Position numbers and translations under genes: made by a program. A stretch of DNA of 13,670 bases from Octopus sinensis. Taxonomy: Eukaryota. Below the pieces are notes generated by a model, which was not told the DNA's origin, did not search any database, and saw nothing but the letters and a program-made list of their open reading frames with translations. Within the stretch, counting starts at the first letter, position 1. Every line of letters begins with the position of its first letter. The DNA lies in assembly GCF_006345805.1 (NCBI RefSeq), contig NW_021826053.1:1-13670 (forward strand). The letters are read 5' to 3'. Positions 1 through 8,190 of the stretch are shown here, one piece after another.

Positions 1-176
1 ATGTAGTTTGTTGCTATGATTGCGTTGTGTGTTTGTGTGTATTTCTGTGTGTGTATGGGCGGGTAAGTGTGTGGGTATATATATATATATTATATGTGCG
101 TGTGTGTGTGTGTGTGTGGTGTGTGTGTGGTATATATCTGTATGTATGTATGTATATATGTACGTATGTATATATA

Positions 177-286
177 GGCGCAGGAGTGACTGTGTGGTGA
201 GCATCTTGGGCAAGTTTTTTCTATTATAGCCATGGGCTGGCCAAAGCCTTGTGAGTGGATTTGGTAGACAGAAACTGAAAGAAGCC
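177..286 (+). mobile_element. tRNA-derived SINE (family 1), 5' part, internally deleted
   Basis: GGCGCAGGAGTGACTGTGTGGT head joined to CTTGGGCAAGT...CCAAAGCCTTGTGAGTGGATTTGGTAGACAGAAACTGAAAGAAGCC. Both parts match the reverse complement of the copy at 8266-8690; the B-box region is missing. Confidence 0.85.
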
Positions 287-654
287 TATATATATATACA
301 TGTATATACATATATACACATAAATACATACATATATATACATGCACACTCTCACACACACATATATATATCCTTATATGAGTACATGTATATGTAGAAA
401 TGTGTGTGTACGTATTGTGCATATCCACTTGTGTGGGTGTATATGTTGCGTTTGCGAATTTATGTGTGTGAAATCTAATACGTGTGAACACACATGTTTG
501 CATTTAAAAACATATATATGCTTTTAACGAAGTGAGAAGTGGGGGGGGGGCGAGAGTGGGGAACGGCAGGAGAAGGGAGTTCTAACACTGCTCCTTTTCA
601 ATGCACCCTTATTCGAGCACAATCCTAGCAGTCACTGACCAGCTACATATAATA

Positions 655-660
655 TGTGTA

Positions 661-725
<65 letters not shown>

Positions 726-726
726 A

Positions 727-759
<33 letters not shown>

Positions 760-1030
760 GTGTGTGTGCGTGTGTGTACACACACATACATATATACACA
801 TATGTATATATATATATGCATATATATACATACATGTATATTTACACACACGTTTATATATATATATATATGTATGTATGTATGTATAATACACATATAT
901 AAACACATACGCATATATACATATATATACATATATACGCACGTATACACAATCTGTAGAAATACATATACATTTACATATATACATGTATATATGTGTA
1001 TAGGTATCTATATATTCACATACATACATG

Positions 1031-1077
<47 letters not shown>
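655..1077. repeat. Compound (TA)n/(TG)n/(CA)n microsatellite
   Basis: Directly visible dinucleotide tracts. Confidence 0.95.
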
Positions 1078-1078
<1 letters not shown>

Positions 1079-1371
1079 CTTTAAGTAAGTGATAGAAAGA
1101 GGGAAAGAAAGAGAAGGAGGTGTATATGGAAGAGGAAACTATGAATAAGGAATGTGGGGAGTGATGTGTTTGGTAGGGATTATAGGTAAGTCAGACATTC
1201 CTCTATCCATGCCCATCACGTCTCACCAAGGGTGCAGCTACACTTTTTCCGCCACCACCAGTTTACACTCGTATACACACATGTATATATGTGTATATAT
1301 ATATGTGTGTCAATACACACACACACACAATCATGCACATGCGCACACACACGCGCGTACATATATATATA

Positions 1372-1807
1372 GGGGCAGGCGTGGCTGTGTGGTTATAAGC
1401 TTGCTTCCGAACCACAGGGTTCCAGGTTCAATCCTACTGTGTTGGTGGAAACTGAAAGAAGCCCGTCGTATTGTGTGTGTTTGTGCCTATGTTTATCCAT
1501 GTCGTCAAGCAGTGCTGGTGTGTCTATGTCTCCCCTTAAATTAGGGGTCGACAAAGCAAGACCGACAGAATAAGTACCAGGCTTAAAAAAACGTACAGAG
1601 GTCGATAGATTTGGCTAAAAATTCTCCGGTCCTGGTTTGTTTACATTCTTGTAATTTAGCGTTTCAGTTACATATATCGACAAAACAAATAAGTACCAGA
1701 TATACAGATAAAATAAAATACTGGGGTCGATTTGTTTAAGTAAACCTTTCAAGGTGGTGCTCCAGCACGGCCGCAGTCCAATGACTGAAACAAAATTAAT
1801 ATAAAAA
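1372..1807 (+). mobile_element. tRNA-derived SINE (family 1) with duplicated central domain
   Basis: A-box-like TGGCTGTGTGG, B-box GGTTCAATCC, GAAACTGAAAGAAGCCCGTCGTA, AATAAGTACCAG twice, 3' end GGTGCTCCAGCACGGCCGCAGTCCAATGACTGAAAC plus A-rich tail. Homologous to 3293-3773 and 8266-8690. Confidence 0.85.
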
Positions 1808-2289
1808 TGGAGGAAGAAAGTAAAATACGTTCGTTATTCCATAAAAGAATCCATTTACGAATTTATAGTTTATGCGTTCGTTAAGCGAATAGATTATTTT
1901 CAAAATGGCTACGGATGTTTGTGCGGAGCTTGAAGAGTTCTGTGTTTCCGTAGTTTTCAGTTTTCGTCTCTTTCGTGTTACTCTGTTATAAACCCAAACT
2001 CGAATATCAAAGTTTAAAAGGTTTTAATCGACTAAAATTACAGCAATATACAATACAAACAAAGGTTGCTAAATTGTAAGCAAAGCCAAACTTCAACGCA
2101 GTAACAGTTTTATGCAGCGAGTTGCTACATTCTTGACTAACTAAAGATCAACGCTGAACATGTCGTCTGCAAACAGAACAGAACTCTGCGCAGTCGCAGT
2201 GCAGGCATATAACAGCAATCGAGACAATCAAAATCACGTGATCAAAACTAAAATCACAACAACTTTTTCAGCACCTCGTCGAATACTGT

Positions 2290-2743
2290 GATGTTTTATT
2301 AACCATAAAGGTCTTACATAGAGGGGACACTACAACACTTTGGGGACACAAAACATCAAAAAAAATTATTGTACGATAAAATGAGAGAAAGGGTGAAAAT
2401 GAGAGATAAAGGTGATGTTAACTGCCCCATCAGTCAACATCACTTACTTGTCCTTTTTTTCCTAATTTTCTGCGAAAACCACAAAGTCCCCAAATTTAAC
2501 CTCGTATATTTCTTCTAGTTCATCCTTATTTTCCGGTGCCAATGTTCCTTTTATAAATACATATTCATCCTCAAGTTCCTCTTCAAGTTCTTTCCCCCGA
2601 CTTTTTGACGTTACCAATTCTATTTTCTGATGCCACCCATCTGGGATTTCTATCTTTCCCCATATTTTCAATCTTTCATATAAATGTTTGCTGTCAATAA
2701 TACCCATACAATGTTCTTCAGAGTAGGGGTTTTGTGTTATCGT
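2290..2743 (-). mobile_element. 5'-truncated non-LTR retrotransposon of unidentified clade (ORF C-terminus + 3' UTR), copy 1, with 14-bp TSD
   Basis: Flanked by exact direct repeat TCGTCGAATACTGT (2276-2289 and 2744-2757). Minus-strand ORF ends ...LYERLKIWGKIEIPDGW...LEEIYEVKFGDFVVFAEN* (stop at 2462), followed by a 3' UTR ending AATAAAACATC. Homologous to 9378-9758. Confidence 0.8.
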
Positions 2744-2892
2744 TCGTCGAATACTGTTCCAAAGTTGGATCTTGGTGGTTTTGCCTATTTTGTTAGAGTA
2801 TCACGTAGCGTACATTCTCAAGAATACGGCAGCGACTTTGCCAATTCCTTGGTAGATATCGACCACAATGTCGCCATTGTTACTGGTGTTGC
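2744..2892 (-). pseudogene. RTE-clade LINE reverse transcriptase fragment (C-terminal RT/thumb region)
   Basis: One minus frame reads SNNGDIVVDIYQGIGKVAAVFLRMYAT*YSNKIGKTTKIQLWNSI. This matches the RTE pattern S.DG....DI..RIGKA...F..L..IW....I...TKI.LY.S, with TGA at the expected Trp. Confidence 0.75.
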
Positions 2893-2911
2893 AACATCGA
2901 TACGTAGTGAA

Positions 2912-3170
2912 GGCGCGTGGCTCAGGGGTTAGGGCATTCGGCTCTTGATAGTTATGTTGTGAGTTCGATTCCCGGCGGAATTTCACATTACTCCAGTCCA
3001 CTCAACTGGAAAATTCTGTATTTCAAAAGGGCCAGCCTTGTTAGGTTCTTTGTCACACAAAATCTCCTTGAGAACTACGTTAAAGGTACGCCTGTCTGCG
3101 AAGTACTCAGCCGCCCGCACGTGGAATTCACGAGGAGGCTGTTCCGTTGATTAGTGTTTCGATCAACTCC
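2912..3170 (+). mobile_element. tRNA-derived SINE (family 2)
   Basis: GGCGCGTGGCTCAGGGGTTAG A-box and GAGTTCGATTCCC B-box (2961-2973) at tRNA spacing, followed by a body unrelated to family 1. The 3' boundary is approximate. Confidence 0.7.
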
Positions 3171-3292
3171 ATGGCCTCTTCCATTGAATTAACGCGTAAC
3201 TGCAACTGAATGTTCCGCAAACGACTCCACTCTTAACACAATTTCCGAACAAAAAACCAGCGTAACATGGTGTATGACAAAGCTGTATTCGT

Positions 3293-3577
3293 TTCCTTCT
3301 TTCTTTTATTCTTTTATTTGCTTCAGTCATTTGACTGCGGCCATGCTGGAGCACTGCCTTTAGCCGAGTAAACAGACCCCAGGACTTATTGTTCGTTAGC
3401 CTAGTACTTATTCTATCGGTTTCTTTTGCCGAACCACTAATTTACCGGGACGTAAACACACCAACATCGGTTGTCAAGCGATATTTAGGGGACAAACACA
3501 GACACCAACATATACACACAACACACACACACACCACACACCACACACACCACACATACATATATATATATATATAT

Positions 3578-3622
<45 letters not shown>

Positions 3623-3773
3623 TACGACGGGCTTCTTTCAGTTCCGTCTACCAAATCCCTCACAAGACTTGGTCGACCCGAAGACTATAGTAGAAGGCAC
3701 TTGCCCAAGGTGCCACGCAGTGGGACTGAACTCGAACCATGTGGATGGTAAGCAAGCTGCTACCACACAGCCA
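3293..3773 (-). mobile_element. tRNA-derived SINE (family 1), near full length with expanded internal microsatellite
   Basis: Colinear with 8266-8690 from the tail (CAGTCATTTGACTGCGGCCATGCTGGAGCA) to the head (TACCACACAGCCA). Internal CA/TA tract at ~3505-3620. Confidence 0.9.
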
Positions 3774-3869
3774 GAGGCTTCATCGTAATTTTCCCTTACA
3801 CAATTCTCTGCTAGGGAATGCTACCAGATCGATATCTGAAGTTACAGAAAATGGTATTTCGCCCGAAAT

Positions 3870-3938
3870 TCCACGCTGTGAGATCGAAACCTGAACCTCA
3901 TGTTCGCAAAGTGAACATCTCAAACATTCGACCAGGCT
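3870..3938 (-). mobile_element. Degenerate tRNA-derived SINE head
   Basis: Minus strand reads TGGTCGAATGTTTGAGATGTTCACTTTGCGAACATGAGGTTCAGGTTTCGATCTC, giving A-box-like and B-box-like motifs at tRNA spacing. Confidence 0.5.
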
Positions 3939-4093
3939 TACACACACGCGTGCGCGCGCGGACACACCATGTTATATAAATAGCGATTTTCTTCTTTTCT
4001 TCTTCTTGTCGTTCTTATTCTCACGTCGCCAAACCAATTCCATTCAGCAATCAATTGTGAGCTCCACCGTTCATTATCGCCGTTGCTAAAGTG

Positions 4094-4757
4094 CCACCAC
4101 CACCACCAGCAGCAGCAGCACTACTACTACTACTACTACTACTACTGTTCTTGTTATTTTGGCTATCATCATCATCAACATCATCATTATTATCAGCATT
4201 TTTCTCCCCTCCTCTTCATTATCATCATCATCATCATCATATCATCATCGTCTTCTTCTCGTCGTAGTCTTCTTCTTCGTCTCCTTCTTCTTCGTCTTCT
4301 TCTTCTCTTCTTCTTCTTCTTCTTCTTCCTCTCCTTCTTCTTTTTCTTCCAATTCTTCTTCTTCTTCTTCTTCTTCTTCTTCTTCTTCTTCTTCTTCTCT
4401 CCTTCTTTTTCTTCCAATTCTTCTTCTTCTTCTTCATTTATCTTCTACTTCTTCTTCTACTTCTTCTTCCTCCTCCTACTCTTATTATGTACTCGCCTCC
4501 ACCAACCCTTAATACCTGTCTTTCAATTGGCTCCCTCATCCGACGCTCTGGTAGCAAATAAAAGAAATTATTATGTCTATCATCATCATCATCATCATAA
4601 ATATCATTTATTATCCTCATTATTATCATTATTAATCTTATCATTATTATAATTATAATCATCATCATCATCAACGTTATTATCAACATTCTTCTTTATT
4701 TTCCTTCTTCTTCTTCTACTTCCCCCTCCCCCTCCTCCTGTTGTTGTTGTTGTTGTT
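4094..4757. repeat. Large compound trinucleotide microsatellite (CAC, CAG, TAC, CAT, CTT, ATT, CCT, GTT)
   Basis: Directly visible; accounts for all homopolymeric ORFs in this region. Confidence 0.95.
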
Positions 4758-4979
4758 ATGAAAGAGTGGGTCATTTTCTTTTTTTGGTTTGGTACTATTG
4801 AACTGGCTCGAATAAAGGTTTTTGGCGACATTGACTTGGTTCCAACAGACAATAAAAAATGGATACTTATTTAGCCGTTCCCGGGTTTTAATGGGGCCCT
4901 GACATAATTCTTTCTCTTCTCCTGTATTTCCTGCGTCTATTCAAAGCTCTCCTCCGACCATTCTTCCCCCCCCCATTCT

Positions 4980-5251
4980 TTCTTTCTCTTTCTGTCTCCA
5001 AACACCTCTCTCTCTCTCTCCCTCTCCCTCCCTCTCCCCCTCTCTAGTGTCTACCTGTTTCTCAAATACACAAATATACGCGTGTGTTGTGTATGTATGT
5101 GTATGTGTATGTCTGTGTGTGTGTAATTGCATATGTATGCATATATGTATATTGATGTAATTTCATAAATATGTATACACACACACATACACCTGTATAT
5201 ATATACATATACATATATATATGTGTATATATATATATATATATATACACA

Positions 5252-5302
<51 letters not shown>

Positions 5303-5531
5303 TATATATATACACATATAAATACACACGTTTATCTCTCGTGCTATAAATATGTATATATATATATATATAATAATATATATTTATATTATATATATAA
5401 TATATAATATATATAATAATATATATAATATTATATACCTGTATGATATCATATCTATAATATCATATATATATATATATATATATCTATATATATATAA
5501 TATATCTATATCTATATAATATATTATATAT

Positions 5532-5562
<31 letters not shown>
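4980..5562. repeat. (CT)n, (TG)n and long degenerate (TA)n microsatellite
   Basis: Directly visible. Confidence 0.9.
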
Positions 5563-5895
5563 GTGCTGACTGTATGCGTGCGCTTAAACACAGACAAACA
5601 ACACACTCACACGTGGCGCGCGCACACATTAACACATTAGCACAATACACGGCGAACAAGCGCCGTTTTCATTGTCCACACACTTTATAAAAATAGAGAC
5701 TGGCGCTTGCAGCGACATCTATGCATTTCTATTAAACCTACAGCCAATATGGCGTCTCACTTGACCCGTATACTTTTATTTTTCTGCCGGTTATTTGTTG
5801 AATTTTGGCGCCTTTTTCTGAGTCTATCGCAGACGATGTCGTCACGTTGACATAGAAGTCAAAGGGAGGCGAAATACAGATTGGAAACATTCAAT

Positions 5896-6175
5896 TGTGC
5901 GTGTGTGTATTTACGGGTGTGTATGTGTGCATATATGGATTTGTATACCTGTGTGTGTGGGTGTGTGTGTGTATAGTTGCATATATGCATATATGTATAT
6001 GTTGGTGCGTATATATGTAGTTATGCATATATTTATGTATGTATGTATTAATGTATGCACGTACGTATGTGAATATTTTAATGCTGGTTTTATGTGTTTC
6101 TAATCGTATATGAATATATATTTGTACGTAATGTATGTATGAATATATTTTCTAAGTGTGTATGTGTGTGTGTAT
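5896..6175. repeat. Degenerate (TG)/(TATG) microsatellite
   Basis: Directly visible. Confidence 0.85.
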
Positions 6176-6267
6176 ATTTTTTTTCTAGTTTCAGTTTCAG
6201 TTCAGAGCTGTCGGCCATGCTATATATATATATATATATCTATATATAGATATATATATATATATAT

Positions 6268-6916
6268 ATAACACTAGGGACTAAAGCCATCTGAATATGG
6301 CTAGGGACAGTGCAGGGTGGTGTTACTGTTGCATTTAGCCCCAGGCGAACATCGACGTCGCCAGATAGGCTTGACACCATCACGTGTCCTTTAACCTGCA
6401 AAGGGAGATAATTCCCCGATGAAGCGAAACCACACACGGACCATGTTTCAAGGTGTATTGCCTATCGTCAACGTGTGGTAGGCCTCCGCTTCCTCGACGA
6501 AATCTCACTCTGCAGGATATTCATAATAATTTTTTTCAAGCAAAATCCATTTGCTGATTTCGAAAATCTGTTCGACAGCAATAATAATTCTCTAAAAGAG
6601 ATATAGACAGTAACTGCTCGATAACATAAGGACTAAAGCCATCTGAATATGGCTAGGGACAGGGAAGGGTGGTGGGGGTTTTACTGTTGCATTTAGCCCC
6701 AGGCGAACATCGACGTCGCCAGATAGGTTGACACCATCACGGTGTCCTTTAACCTGCAAAGGGAGATAATTCCCCGATGAAGCGGAAACCACACACGACC
6801 ATGGTTTCAAGGTGTATTGCCTATCGTCAACGTGTGGTAGGCCTCCGCTTCCTCGACGAAATCTCACTCTGCAGGATATTCATATATAGATTTTCAAGCA
6901 AAATACATTTGCTGAT
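6268..6916 (-). repeat. ~1.85 tandem copies of a ~353-bp structured unit (copies A and B)
   Basis: ATAACA..GGACTAAAGCCATCTGAATATGGCTAGGGACAG starts at 6268 and again at 6621; the copies differ mostly by small indels. Strand is inferred from G-U-compatible folding. Confidence 0.95.
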
Positions 6917-7299
6917 CTCTTTTAGAGAATTATTATTGCTGTCGAACAGATTTTCGAAATCAGCAAATGTATTTTGCTTGAAAATCTATATATGATATCC
7001 TGCAGAGTGAGATTTCGTCGAGGAACGGAGGCCTACCGCACGTTGACGATAGGCAATACACCTTGAAACCATGGTCCGTGTGTGGTTTCCGCTTCATCGG
7101 GGAATTATCTCCCTTTGCAGGTTAAAGGACACCGTGATGGTGTCAAGCCTATCTGGCGACGTCGATGTTCGCCTGGGGCTAAATGCAACAGTAACACCCC
7201 CACCACCCTGCTCTGTCCCTAGCCATATTCAGATGGCTTTAGTCCCTTATGTTATCGAGCAGTTACTGTCTATATCTCTTTTAGAGAATTATTATTGCT
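6915..7299 (+). repeat. Inverted copy C of the ~353-bp unit (~1.1 units)
   Basis: 6959-7299 is the reverse complement of 6577-6916 apart from small differences. The spacer 6917-6958 is itself inverted unit sequence (reverse complement of ~6559-6600). Confidence 0.95.
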
Positions 7300-7352
7300 A
7301 TATATATATATATATATACATACATATATATATGTGTGTGAGTGTGTGTATA

Positions 7353-7412
7353 TAACGGGAAGCTTTATGAAAATAGACAAAAGACGAAGGCAGGTGGAAT
7401 ACAAACAAACAA
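7353..7412 (-). mobile_element. Short terminal fragment of the Penelope-like element also seen at 12739-12944
   Basis: TAACGGGAAGCTTTATGAAAATAGACAAAAGACGAAGGCAGGTGGAATACAAACAAACAA closely matches 12739-12798 and has the same boundary next to TA repeats. Confidence 0.65.
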
Positions 7413-7443
7413 TTATATGTACACACACACATAAATATATGTA

Positions 7444-7474
7444 TTGGGTCATCCCATAAATAAAGCGGTTTTTT
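7444..7474 (+). mobile_element. Mariner 5' terminal inverted repeat (after TA target dinucleotide)
   Basis: TA|TTGGGTCATCCCATAAATAAAGCGGTTTTTT resembles mariner ITRs (TTAGGTTGG...TGCGGTTTTT type) and lies ~180 bp upstream of a transposase. No 3' ITR is seen. Confidence 0.7.
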
Positions 7475-7626
7475 AAAGTGCATGAACTAAAATTTGAAGG
7501 GGGATGGAATAAACTACCTGCATCAACTTGCTTTAAAAACAGGTAGTAATTTTACCTTCTGCTTATTCTTAGTGCTAGTTTTGAAGAGTGCAGTTCGATT
7601 TTAGCAGTTATTTTTTCAAAGCTATA

Positions 7627-8094
7627 ATAGAAGTGACAAAGGAGCATATTTGGCATATTTTGCTTTATGAGTTCAATAAAGGCAACAATGCAACGGAACG
7701 TGCGAGGAATATTAATGCAGTATATGTGGATCGGACATTAAGCGTAAGCCAGTTTCAGTGGTGGTTTCAGAAATTCTGAGCCGGAAAATACAGCCTAGAA
7801 GACAAGTCTCATCCTGGAAGATCTGTAGAGCTAGACGAGGACGTCCTGCAAACCCTGGTGGCACAAAACTCCATCGTAATTGTTGAGGAACTAGCAGAGA
7901 AGCTTAGATTTGGTCATTTAACCATTCATCGACACCTGTGTGCCATCGGAAAAGTCAGCAAATTGGGTCAATGGGTTCCTCACAAACTTTCTGAGTCTAA
8001 TCGCGTGCAGAGAGTGAATGTGTGCTCTTCTTTGCTGTCACGTCTCACGAATGAACATTTTTGGGAACGAATGATGACTGGTAATGAGAATTGA
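7627..8094 (+). pseudogene. Mariner (Tc1/mariner, Mos1/Hsmar1-like) transposase pseudogene, N-terminal half
   Basis: One frame reads EVTKEHIWHILLYEFNKGNNATERARNINAVY...WWFQKF*AGKYSLEDKSHPGRSVELDED...EELAEKL...TIHRHLCAIGKVSKLGQWVPHKL...MMTGNEN*. It has two HTH regions, a WVPHEL-like motif and a degenerate TGDEKW. It also has an internal stop at 7777-7779, a likely ATG>ATA start loss, and ends at the first catalytic motif. Confidence 0.93.
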
Positions 8095-8095
8095 G

Positions 8096-8190
8096 TAAAG
8101 GGAAGAATGTTACTGCTATTTAGCCCCAGGAATCACCGTTTCCAGTCGGCCATGTGACACAAGCGTACTGTGTCCTTATGTTTTCAAAGT
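8096..8190 (-). mobile_element. Short insertion with a two-hairpin motif ending CCTGGGGCTAAATAGCAGTAAC (probable retroelement 3' end)
   Basis: Shares motif sequence and structure with 7125-7195, and begins immediately where the mariner frame ends. Confidence 0.55.

Noticed and set aside
20-1092. Many Y/I/C/V/H/T-rich ORFs (also near 5051-5659, 10412-10952, 12040-12741, 13208-13619)
   Set aside because: They are translations of TA/CA/TG/GA microsatellites, which lack stop codons.
2462-2892. Single continuous RT gene, since the RTE fragment and downstream ORF are in frame
   Set aside because: The 14-bp TSD shows 2290-2743 is a separate insertion; the shared frame is a 1-in-3 coincidence.
2912-2975. 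tRNA gene
   Set aside because: A/B boxes are present but there is no complete cloverleaf or acceptor stem, and it continues into a SINE-like body.
4083-4852. Poly-S/F/K/R/H ORFs up to 189 aa
   Set aside because: Trinucleotide microsatellite open in several frames on both strands, with no domain content.
6181-6221. TTTCAG...GCTGTCGGCCATGCT resembling a SINE 3' tip
   Set aside because: Only a ~10-bp match (CGGCCATGCT) to the family-1 tail, too short to call.
6774-6808. Hammerhead-like CCGATGA AGCG GAAACCA...TGGTTTC on the plus strand of copies A/B
   Set aside because: No stem II pair and no stem I complement; the sequence is explained as one arm of the long hairpin on the other strand.
7114-7190. 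HDV-like or twister ribozyme fit (TTGCA/TGCAA, GGCTAA, GGTGTCAAGCC)
   Set aside because: The HDV L3/P1.1 and P1 pairings are absent, twister P2 and the L1 3' strand are absent, and the pairings are not kept in the 8109-8177 homologue.
6268-7299. CRISPR array or prokaryotic system
   Set aside because: No short repeat-spacer periodicity, no cas or operon-like ORFs, and the context is clearly eukaryotic.
7071-7355. 94-aa ORF in copy C and related ORFs in A/B
   Set aside because: Frames differ between copies through indels, there is no recognisable domain, and the ORF runs into a TA repeat.
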